The notes below the pieces were generated by a model. The model saw nothing but the letters and a program-made list of their open reading frames with translations, had not been told where the DNA came from and did no database searches. DNA of 64,000 nucleotides from NCBI GenBank assembly GCA_965223345.1, contig CBDCWG010000012.1, positions 2,048,001 to 2,112,000 on the forward strand, written 5' to 3'. Positions 10,854-19,864 of the stretch are shown piece by piece. Position numbers and translations under genes: made by a program. The stretch comes from Nitrospinales bacterium. GTDB taxonomy: Bacteria; Nitrospinota; Nitrospinia; Nitrospinales; VA-1. Every line of letters begins with the position of its first letter. Position 1 is the stretch's first letter.

Positions 10854-13800
10854 GGTTTCCTTTCGTCGGAATCAGTACGTTGATGATGGAGCCCGTTCCC
10901 GGTTCGCTCTTGATTTCAACCTGCCCGCCCCATTTGAGGGCGCGTTCCTTCATGCCTAAAATACCCAATGATAAAGACTGCTTAGCGGGTGTTGCGTCGA
11001 AACCACATCCGTTGTCCTGCACGGACAGAATATAATGGTTCGAATTCTTCTCAAAATTAATTTTCACCGCAGTGGCTTGCGCATGGCGGGTCACGTTGGT
11101 CAGGGTTTCCTGAAAAATCCGGAACAGATCGGTTGAGAGACCTTTGTCGCATTCAAATTTTTCAGGGATGACCTGCAGTTCGTATTCGATATCCGTTTGA
11201 TCCTCGAATTTTTGCGCCTGCCACTTGATGGCTTCCGAGATGCCCAGCACATCGAGGATGCCGGGTCTCAGCTCGCTGGAAATCCGCCGCACCCTTGCGA
11301 GGGATTCGTCCAGATGGGAAACCATGGATTCCAGTTTTTTCTCGATCACCTCTCCCGGATCGTCGATCTGCTCTTTGATCCACAACAAATCCAGTTTGCA
11401 ATAGGTCAACACCTGACCCAGCTCATCGTGGATTTCCCGCGCCAGATGCAGTTTTTCTTCTTCACGAATCGATTGCATTTTTTTGTTGAGCTCCCGCAAT
11501 CTTTCACCGGTGATTTCCAGTTCTCGTTTCGTGGCGATGCGGATCAATTCCGCTTCCGCCCTTGCCGCGAAAAGAGACAGGATGAACATGACTTCAGGGG
11601 AATACTCCACCGGCTTGCTGTTCATCACAACCAGGTGGCCGGTGGTCTTGCCCTGTTCGTCGAACAGCGGCACGCCCAGATAGCTTTCAATGCCGCGTTT
11701 CCAAATGGATTTATCGACCCCCTGGAAGTGTTCTTCAAAACGATCGAGATAAAATACCGCGGCGCCTTCAATAACGATCTCACAAGGCGTGCCCTGCAAC
11801 GGGAATTCCTGGTTCGGCACGTTTTCCCCATCGATGTACATGGCGAGAGTCCGGAATGTCTTCGGGATTGAAGAATCGTCCACCAGTGCGAGGAAGGAGT
11901 AATCGAATCCCAGTTTGGAAGCCAGGTGATACACCAGCGATTGAAAGAATTTTTCTCCGGAAGTGGCCGACGAAGTGCCTTCGAGGACTTTGGATATCTG
12001 GTTGTAGAGCAGGCGGAATTTTTCCCGGTTTTTCAGCAGCGCTTCTTCCGCTTGCTTTATTTTCGAGATATCGTGGGTGACGCCGACCAGTTTTTGCGGG
12101 CAGCCATCCGCATCGTAGTGTGTTTTGGATATCTGGTGAACGTGCTTGATGATTCCGTTGGGTAGCAGGATTCGATACTCGATGTCGTGAAACGGTTTGC
12201 CCGAGTGCGATCTGATATTTTCCCGATGCACGTACTTCCTGTCTTGCGGATGCACCCGGCTCATATAATCTGCATAGGTGAGTTCGACCTCTTTGGGTTG
12301 CAATCCGAAAATTCGATACATCTCGTCCGACCAGGATAGCTGTTCCTGCTGCACGTCCCAGGTCCAGTTTCCCATGTGTGCCATTTCCTGAGCCCGGCGC
12401 AGCTCGCTCTCTCTGTTTTCCAGTTCTTTCTGGATTTCGATGCGTGTCAGTTCCGCTTCCGCCCTTGCGCCGAAAAGGGACAGTATGGACATGACTTCCG
12501 GGGAATACGGCATCGGTTTCCGGTCCATGACGACGAGATGAGCAACGGGAAAGCCGTTTTGTCCAAAGATGGGGACGCCAAAATAACTTTTCAGTCCGTG
12601 TTCTTTCAAATAGTGATCGTGGGGGAAATTTTCCTGCAGATCGTCCATGTGGTACACCACAGCCCCCTCGTAGATCAACTCGCAAGGAGTGCCGGGCAAT
12701 GGGTAACACGGAGCTGATGTATTTTCTCCATCCTTGAAAAATGCCAGCGGGTGAACAAAGTTGCGGTTTTTTTTATCCACTCGTCCGATGAAGCATAAAC
12801 TGAACCCGAGTGTGGATGCCAGGTGATACACCAGGGATTGAAAGAAGGTCTCTCCGGAAGTGGCGGACGAAGTGCCCTCCAGGACTTCGGAGATCTGGTT
12901 GTAAAGCAGGCGGAATTTTTCCCGGTTTTCCAGAAGGTCGGCTTCCGCACGTTTTATCTGCGTGATATCGCTGTCGGAGCCAACCATGCGGACCGGTTTG
13001 CCTTCCGCATCTCTTTCCACCACTTTTCCCCGGTCGAGGTTCCATTGCCAGCCGCCCGATTTGGTTTTGAGCCGGTTGACGCACTCATAGCTGTCGGTCC
13101 TGCCCTCAAGATGGGCGTTTAATTTTTCCATCACTTCCGGCAAGTCGTCGCGGTGCAGCCGGCTTTTCCAGGTGTCCACACGACCCGGCAGCTCGCCGGG
13201 TTCGTAACCCAGAAGTTTGAACCACTGGGAACTGTAAAACACCTCTCCGGTGCGGATGTCCCAGTCCCAGACGCCTTCGGAGGTGGCCTCGAACGTCAAT
13301 TGCAGCCGCTCTTCACTTTTGCGCAACTCTTTCAACGTCCTTTGCATTTCCCGGGTTCGTTCCAGAACCAGCGCTTCCAGGTTTTCCTGGTATTTCAGGA
13401 TCTTGTCTTCGGCGGCTTTCCGTTCGGTGATGTCTGTGGATATTCCGCAGATGGCATAGGGTTTGTCATCCGAATCGAACAGGGGAAATTGAACGGAAAG
13501 AAAATCACGGAAGGAACCGTCCCGTTGCATCACGAATTCTTCCACTTCCTGCGGGGCGAGGGATTCCATCACCCTTTTATCGTTGATGACAAATTGATCG
13601 GCGATGGGCTTGGGATAGACGTCGTGCGTGGTTTTCCCGGCAATCGCTTCCTTGGAGAGTCCGGTCAACTCCTCCAGCTTTTTGTTGATGAATGTGTAAC
13701 GGCCGCTCAAGTCCTTGATATAGATGAGCGCCGGAGAGAGATCCAGAATGTTTCGCAGGCGTCTCTCGCTCACAATCAGGTTTGCATTCACCTGCCTGGC

Positions 13801-14829
13801 GTAATTCAACGCTCTTTTGCTTGCAGTGTGTGTCAGCCACAAAACCGCGAAAAACACCAGGCTGACCACGACTCCGGCGATCAGGACGGCGATGGATTTG
13901 TCTTTTTCAATGGTGTTTTCAAACGGCTTTAAGGAACTCAGCTCCAGCGACCACAGGCGGTCGTCGAACTCGATTTTCAGGTTCTTGTGGAACAGGGATG
14001 CGGCGGTGTCGTGCTCCGGATTGCTGTCGTAGAGAAGGGATTTCCCGCCTTTCTCGTCGATATCGAACAGGCGGAAAGCCAGATCGGGAATTTTTCGCGC
14101 TCCCAGCACGCCCTCGAGAAAATCCCGGGTGCGGAAAGGGCTGTAAACGTACCCCAGAAAGGCTGTGCGGCGTTGATCGACCGTGGAGACCGGCATCTCT
14201 TTTTTGTAGGCGGGGATGTAGATGAGAAAGCCTGTCTGGATATCTTCGTCGGTTTCCTGCACCAGGGTCACTCTGCCGGAAAGCGACGGTTTCCCCGTAT
14301 CCCGCGCCCGCATCATGGCCTGCCTGCGGACGGGTTCGGAATACATGTCGTACCCGAACGCACGCAGATTGCGGCCGGAAAAAGGCTCCAGATACAGGAT
14401 GCTGGTGTATTCTTCCCGCGCGCCTTCGGGTTTGATCGTGTATTCGGGAAAACCGCTGATGCGGACTTCGCGGATATGGGCGTCTTTTTCGTTTGCGGGC
14501 ACGGGGATGGCGAAACCGATCCCCTGAATGCCGCGGTAGCGCTCCTCGATATTCAGCGTGTCCACATAGGTTTTGAACGTGTGGCGATCGATTTCGTTGC
14601 GGGATGCTTCGAACAATCCGACCACGCCGCGCAACACCTGCTCATAGGCGGTGAGCCGTTCCATGATTTCGATTTCGATTTCATGGCCGCGAAAGTGAAA
14701 CCGGCCCAGCGCCTCTTCTTTGGCGTCGTTGCTGACGATGAACCAAAGCCCCAGTGTCACGACGAGATCGCAAATCAAAATCGCCCAGCCGATGTACGTG
14801 ATCTGCGGCAGACGCGTATTGAGATTCAT
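10831..14829 (-). CDS. Sensor histidine kinase CHASE-PAS-PAS-GAF-PAS-GAF-HisKA_3-HATPase
   Basis: Two TMs around a CHASE domain (YLEPFSGRNLRAFGYDM), PAS/PAC motifs, H-box AREIHDELGQ, QETLTNVTRHA, DNGCGF, LGILGMKER. Start is uncertain (14829-14898). Confidence 0.92.
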   Translation of the reverse strand: MNLNTRLPQITYIGWAILICDLVVTLGLWFIVSNDAKEEALGRFHFRGHEIEIEIMERLTAYEQVLRGVVGLFEASRNEIDRHTFKTYVDTLNIEERYRGIQGIGFAIPVPANEKDAHIREVRISGFPEYTIKPEGAREEYTSILYLEPFSGRNLRAFGYDMYSEPVRRQAMMRARDTGKPSLSGRVTLVQETDEDIQTGFLIYIPAYKKEMPVSTVDQRRTAFLGYVYSPFRTRDFLEGVLGARKIPDLAFRLFDIDEKGGKSLLYDSNPEHDTAASLFHKNLKIEFDDRLWSLELSSLKPFENTIEKDKSIAVLIAGVVVSLVFFAVLWLTHTASKRALNYARQVNANLIVSERRLRNILDLSPALIYIKDLSGRYTFINKKLEELTGLSKEAIAGKTTHDVYPKPIADQFVINDKRVMESLAPQEVEEFVMQRDGSFRDFLSVQFPLFDSDDKPYAICGISTDITERKAAEDKILKYQENLEALVLERTREMQRTLKELRKSEERLQLTFEATSEGVWDWDIRTGEVFYSSQWFKLLGYEPGELPGRVDTWKSRLHRDDLPEVMEKLNAHLEGRTDSYECVNRLKTKSGGWQWNLDRGKVVERDAEGKPVRMVGSDSDITQIKRAEADLLENREKFRLLYNQISEVLEGTSSATSGETFFQSLVYHLASTLGFSLCFIGRVDKKNRNFVHPLAFFKDGENTSAPCYPLPGTPCELIYEGAVVYHMDDLQENFPHDHYLKEHGLKSYFGVPIFGQNGFPVAHLVVMDRKPMPYSPEVMSILSLFGARAEAELTRIEIQKELENRESELRRAQEMAHMGNWTWDVQQEQLSWSDEMYRIFGLQPKEVELTYADYMSRVHPQDRKYVHRENIRSHSGKPFHDIEYRILLPNGIIKHVHQISKTHYDADGCPQKLVGVTHDISKIKQAEEALLKNREKFRLLYNQISKVLEGTSSATSGEKFFQSLVYHLASKLGFDYSFLALVDDSSIPKTFRTLAMYIDGENVPNQEFPLQGTPCEIVIEGAAVFYLDRFEEHFQGVDKSIWKRGIESYLGVPLFDEQGKTTGHLVVMNSKPVEYSPEVMFILSLFAARAEAELIRIATKRELEITGERLRELNKKMQSIREEEKLHLAREIHDELGQVLTYCKLDLLWIKEQIDDPGEVIEKKLESMVSHLDESLARVRRISSELRPGILDVLGISEAIKWQAQKFEDQTDIEYELQVIPEKFECDKGLSTDLFRIFQETLTNVTRHAQATAVKINFEKNSNHYILSVQDNGCGFDATPAKQSLSLGILGMKERALKWGGQVEIKSEPGTGSIINVLIPTKGNHDCRTAE

Positions 14830-15283
14830 GGTGGCTTCGGGTTTGGCTTTGGGGGACATTTGCGGAGGCAAGGTGGAACGTGAATTCCGGTTCTGCATTT
14901 GCCACGATGGGTTGGGGATGAAGCGGGAATCCGGCTTTAAGGAATCCCGTTTCCGGAAGATTCAATGCGAGCCCATAAGGCTCCAAATGAGCGCCCATAG
15001 TACTCGAAAACCCCTATCTTTATCAATACGCTCCCGCCCGGGATCGCGGGTTTTCTCGTCAAAGCCCGGAGTGTGTGATCCTTTTGCTGTATGCAGATCC
15101 TGCTTGTCTGAAATCGTTAATATGCGGTTTTTCAAGTCCTTTGGTTTGAACCTTCACCTTTACATTGGTTTGTTAAGTTATTCTATTGCGTGAAAAATGC
15201 AGGTATTTTATACTGATAGAATAAGCCATTGTAAATAAAAGGGTAATTCCCCAGGTTTTCCTGCGGGGCAGAACCGTTTCACG

Positions 15284-17254
15284 ATGAATTTAGCCCATTC
15301 CAAAGTCAATTTATTCAAAAAGACCGATCTGTTCGAGTCGCTGTCGGAAGCTGCGATCAATCAGGTGATCCAGGGGTGCCGGGAGGTCCTGCTGAAGCCG
15401 GGCCAATGTCTTTTCAGGGAAGGCGACTCCGGCGATTCGATGTACCTCATCTACTCCGGGAAAATCGACATTGAAAAGCAGGGACGGCTGCTGGCAACCC
15501 GGGGACCGGGGGAGTATTTCGGAGAGATGAGCATGATCCAGGCGGATCGTCGGGCGGCTTCCGCCACGGCCGCGGGTGAGGCGCATCTGCTGGAACTGGA
15601 CCGGGAAAATTTTTACTCCAAATGGGCCAACCGGCCTGAGACTTTAAATGCTCTGCTGAAAACGCTGGCGAGCCGCTCCCGCGACGATCTGGACTCCATC
15701 GGGCAGGACCAGCAGAAACTGCAATCGCAGACCAAGCTGAACGCCTGGCTGCGGGATCTGCTCGACAACACGAAAGACGAAATCTACGTGTTCGATCCCA
15801 AATCCTACAGGATCAAAAACGCCAACGCCTGCGCGGAAAGAAACCTGGGTTACGATATCAATGAATTGATCCAGAAGACGCCTTTCGATCTGTTGCGGGA
15901 CTTGACCCAGAAACAATTCGAAACGATGACCGAATCCCTGAGCCTGGAAGGGAACGCTTCCGTCCTCATTGAAGACCACAACCAGAGAAAAGACGGCAGC
16001 TTTTATCCCGTGGAGACCAAGGTGAGGCTGTGGAAATCCGGCAACCACAGCATGTACGTTGCGGTCACACAGGACAAATCGGAAATCGTCAAGCTGGAGC
16101 AGATCCGCGATCAGGCGGTGCAGGCCAACCGGGCCAAATCGGAATTTCTCTCCAAGATGAGCCACGAATTGCGCACGCCCTTGAACGCCATTCTGGGATT
16201 CGGGCAGCTGATGGAATACAGCACCGAAGAGCCTCTGACGCTGGCGCAGCGGGAGTGGCTGCAGGAAATCCTCAAAGCCGGGAACTACCTGCTGGAAATC
16301 ATCAACGAGATCCTCGATCTCGCACAAATTGAGGCGGGAAAGGTTTCGTTGTCTATGGAAGCGTTCGACCTGGTGGAACTGATCCAGGAAGTGCTGCCGC
16401 TCATGTCGCCGCTGGCGCAAAAAAAAGGGGTGCGGATCGAAAATGACACCTTGAAGCTCGGAAGCCTGATGGTCTGGGCCGATCGCACGAAGATGAAACA
16501 GGTTTTCATCAACCTCATCTCCAACGCCATCAAGTACAACCGCGAAAACGGTTCGGTGACTCTCAACGCGCAGCGGAAAGCAAGCGGGCGGATTGGCGTT
16601 TCTGTGACGGACACGGGCGAAGGCATTCCGCCGGAGAAACTGGAGACCCTGTTTCAGGCGTTCAACCGCCTGGGAGCGGAGCACACGCAGATAGAGGGAA
16701 CCGGACTGGGGCTTGTGATCGCCAAACAACTCGTGGAGCGGATGGAAGGCAAGATCGGCGTGGAAAGCACCGTCGGCCAAGGCACCTGTTTCCGCATCGA
16801 GTTGCCTCCTCCCGATCCACATTCGGAGAATGAGGACGCGTCCGACCGGCAGGACGGGGCGGATAAGAAATCGACGGTGTTGTATATCGAGGACAATATC
16901 ACCAATGTGAAACTGGTGCAGCAGCTCTTAAAATCCAACAAAGCGATCCACATGGTCACTGCAGAGGAAGCCACGACCGGGATCGAGATGGCGCGCAGCG
17001 AACGGCCGGATCTCATCCTCATGGACATCAACCTGCCGGGCATGGACGGCGTTTCCGCTCTGAAGAAACTGCGATCCCTGGACGAGACGAAAACGATTCC
17101 CGTCCTCGCCGTGACGGCGAATGTATTGAAGACGGATATCGAAAAGTACCAGAAAGCCGGATTCGAATCTTTCATCGCCAAGCCCATCGAAATGAAATCC
17201 TTCCTGGAAACGGTGCAGCAATACCTGAAACAGAACGGCGCCGCCGCCGTTTGA
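15284..17254 (+). CDS. Cytoplasmic hybrid histidine kinase cNMP-PAS-HisKA-HATPase-REC
   Basis: cNMP-binding LFREGD..GEYFGEMSM..RRAAS, PAS RKDGSFYPVE, MSHELRTPLN, NLISNAIKY, GTGLGL, receiver LMDINLP. Confidence 0.93.
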   Translation: MNLAHSKVNLFKKTDLFESLSEAAINQVIQGCREVLLKPGQCLFREGDSGDSMYLIYSGKIDIEKQGRLLATRGPGEYFGEMSMIQADRRAASATAAGEAHLLELDRENFYSKWANRPETLNALLKTLASRSRDDLDSIGQDQQKLQSQTKLNAWLRDLLDNTKDEIYVFDPKSYRIKNANACAERNLGYDINELIQKTPFDLLRDLTQKQFETMTESLSLEGNASVLIEDHNQRKDGSFYPVETKVRLWKSGNHSMYVAVTQDKSEIVKLEQIRDQAVQANRAKSEFLSKMSHELRTPLNAILGFGQLMEYSTEEPLTLAQREWLQEILKAGNYLLEIINEILDLAQIEAGKVSLSMEAFDLVELIQEVLPLMSPLAQKKGVRIENDTLKLGSLMVWADRTKMKQVFINLISNAIKYNRENGSVTLNAQRKASGRIGVSVTDTGEGIPPEKLETLFQAFNRLGAEHTQIEGTGLGLVIAKQLVERMEGKIGVESTVGQGTCFRIELPPPDPHSENEDASDRQDGADKKSTVLYIEDNITNVKLVQQLLKSNKAIHMVTAEEATTGIEMARSERPDLILMDINLPGMDGVSALKKLRSLDETKTIPVLAVTANVLKTDIEKYQKAGFESFIAKPIEMKSFLETVQQYLKQNGAAAV

Positions 17255-17333
17255 CCGCAGTCCATCGCAGCATTATTTCCCCTCTGAATCAGAATGAAGC
17301 TGAAAGCCGTTTTCCCGCAGGATCGTCTGTGCG

Positions 17334-19619
17334 CTATTTGGAGGTGAGTGTGTACACGCCATCCCAGGATTCGGAAGGGTCGCGGTCCTTCATTTCCTGA
17401 CAGCGTTTGAGGAGGGTTTGTGAGGGGCCGTCATCCGGGCGCAGCGAAAGCACCTGCTGAAAAACGGCCTCCGCTTCGCGCCAACTCTGCTGCTTGTAGA
17501 GAGCCAGCCCGCTGTTGTAGAGCGGCAGCAGGGTCTGCATCGTTTCATCCAGCATGCCTTTTTTGCCCAGCAGTTCGTAGATTTTGACCGCGTTCTTGCG
17601 GCCCACCACACGGATGGAGTCCAGCTCCCGCACTTCGATGAATTCTTTCGCCTGCGCGTAGGTGGTCTCGCTGATCAAGGAATACGTCCCGTACACTTTG
17701 TTCGCGCCTTCCAGCCGCGCCGCGAGGTTGACGGAGTCGCCGTTCATGCCGTAAGCCATGCGGGTTTTCGTGCCCATGTTTCCCACCACCATGAGTCCCG
17801 TATTGAGCCCCACGCGCATATGGATCTCCGGTTTTCCCTCCCGCTTCCACTGATCTCTGAGCTCGGCGAGCCGCTCCTGCATTTCGATGCACACGAAGCA
17901 GGCGCGGGTGGCGTGATCCGCAAAATAGACGGGCGCGCCGAAAAACGCCTTGATGGCGTCGCCGTCGTAGCGGTCGAGCGTGCCTTCATAGCTCAGCAGG
18001 ATGTCCGTCATCGCGGTGAAGTATTCGTTGAGCAGCGAGACCAGTTCCTCGGGAGACAGTTTTTCCGAAAACGTGGTGAAGCCGGCAAGGTCCGTGAAGA
18101 ACGCGGTCAACTCCTTCTGTTCGCCTCCCAGTTTGAGCTGGTCCGGATCCTTCATGATCCGTTCGATAACCTTGGGGGACAGGTACTGGCTGAAGGTTTT
18201 CTGGATGAACTGTTTCTGCTTTTCCTCGGTGATGTAGCGCACCACCATCAGCCCCGAGAAGATCGTGAAGTGCTCGATGTGCAGGAACACGTTGGTCAGG
18301 AAGATCCGCTGATGCACAAACAGCCAGTGATTCATGAAAAACAGCGCCGCCGAAATGAGCAGCAACGCGCCGACGCCGTAAAGCGGCCGGATGCGCGTGT
18401 AAACGAACACCAGCGCCAGCCCCAAAACCAGAAGCAGCGTCGTGTCGGCCAGAGGCACCCATTGCGGCTGCAACAGCACCTGGTTTTTCAGAATATTGTC
18501 GATGACGGTTGCGTGGATCTCCACACCGGGAAGAATCGGGTCGAACGGCGTCACCTTCGTGTCGCCGAGGGCGGTGGCTGTCGCGCCGATGAGAACGATT
18601 TTGTCCTTGAGACCGCCCTTGGGAAAACGATCCTTGCGATCGTGCACGATGTCGGTGATGGAGATGTGCGGAAAGGTCCCGCGGCCGCCGAGGAAATTGA
18701 TGGCCAGCTCACCCTGCTCGTTCGCAGGAATGGCAAGCGGTTCGGCGCTGTCGAGAATCACGTTCTGAACACCTGACGGCGCCACCTTGAAAAACAGGCT
18801 GCCGCCCAGATACTTCTCCAGCACGCGCACCGAAAGCGGCGGGAAGAAATAATCAGTTTCGGTCTTTGCATCGCGGTAGCGGACGATGAGGGACAGCTTT
18901 CTCAGCGATCCGTCATGCTCTACATCGAAGCTGATGAACCCGGAGCGGCGCAGTTTCTTCGACAGAGTTTCCACATTGGATTCCACCGCATAGGCCGAGC
19001 GGAAATCGATCGCAGACAGATCGAGGTCCGGGCCGGACTGGATGAACCCGCCGAACTGGGCGGGCCGGATGTTCTCGAAATACCGGTGGCGCGTCTCCTC
19101 ATCCAGGTGCTGCACGGCTTCCGGCTCAAAGTGAAAAAAATACCCCAGCACCGCGCGCCGCGACTGGCGCAACACCTGAGCCAGTTGCAAATCGGGATCC
19201 TGGGCTTTGCGGTATTTGTCGATCAGGGCCGCCGCCTGCGTCTGCGGGCCGGAGAGGGCTTTGATCTCTTCTTCGAGCTGGTTCAGCGTGCGTTCGGTGG
19301 CGGTTTCTTCCACAGAGGAAAACACCAGGTCGAACCCGATCACCGCCACGTCGTTTTCCGTCAGCTTTTCCACCAGACGGGCCACCGTTTTGCGCGGCCA
19401 GGGCCAGCGCCCCAGCTCGTCCAGGCTCTTTTCGTCGATGGCGGCGACCACCACCTCCGGACCCGGCTTCACCGGTCCCCGCCACTGGAAATGGGCGTTC
19501 TGCAGCAGAAGCTCGAACCGGTGCAGGGCAGGGGGATAGACCCAATAGAGAGCCGTCACGGTCAACGTGATGGCGACCCCCAGCGCCCAGAAAAGGGCTG
19601 TTTTTTTCACTTTTTCCAT
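17334..19619 (-). CDS. CHASE2-domain class III nucleotide cyclase with C-terminal TPR
   Basis: CHASE2 (IDEKSLDELGRWPWPR, GVEIHA), three TMs, FTDLAGFT, GDA, GDSVNLAARLEG, TPR-like tail. Likely start MEKVKK at 19619. Confidence 0.92.
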   Translation of the reverse strand: MEKVKKTALFWALGVAITLTVTALYWVYPPALHRFELLLQNAHFQWRGPVKPGPEVVVAAIDEKSLDELGRWPWPRKTVARLVEKLTENDVAVIGFDLVFSSVEETATERTLNQLEEEIKALSGPQTQAAALIDKYRKAQDPDLQLAQVLRQSRRAVLGYFFHFEPEAVQHLDEETRHRYFENIRPAQFGGFIQSGPDLDLSAIDFRSAYAVESNVETLSKKLRRSGFISFDVEHDGSLRKLSLIVRYRDAKTETDYFFPPLSVRVLEKYLGGSLFFKVAPSGVQNVILDSAEPLAIPANEQGELAINFLGGRGTFPHISITDIVHDRKDRFPKGGLKDKIVLIGATATALGDTKVTPFDPILPGVEIHATVIDNILKNQVLLQPQWVPLADTTLLLVLGLALVFVYTRIRPLYGVGALLLISAALFFMNHWLFVHQRIFLTNVFLHIEHFTIFSGLMVVRYITEEKQKQFIQKTFSQYLSPKVIERIMKDPDQLKLGGEQKELTAFFTDLAGFTTFSEKLSPEELVSLLNEYFTAMTDILLSYEGTLDRYDGDAIKAFFGAPVYFADHATRACFVCIEMQERLAELRDQWKREGKPEIHMRVGLNTGLMVVGNMGTKTRMAYGMNGDSVNLAARLEGANKVYGTYSLISETTYAQAKEFIEVRELDSIRVVGRKNAVKIYELLGKKGMLDETMQTLLPLYNSGLALYKQQSWREAEAVFQQVLSLRPDDGPSQTLLKRCQEMKDRDPSESWDGVYTLTSK

Positions 19620-19864
19620 GCGGTCCGGCCGGTTTGCGGTTTCGATCAAAGAGCTTGAAAAACCGCCGATTATTCGGGGTTTTCCGCTCTCGAAACCCTG
19701 ATTCATGGGTGTGGATTGGTATAACTATAATTATAACAGTAATTTATAGATATAAAACATTGAAATTTTGTGTAAATTTGATTAACCTGATATTATCCAA
19801 ACACAGCAAAATTGCGCCGTAGAGCCGGTTTTTTTAGTCCATTTCAAACGAGCGACTGGGAATC

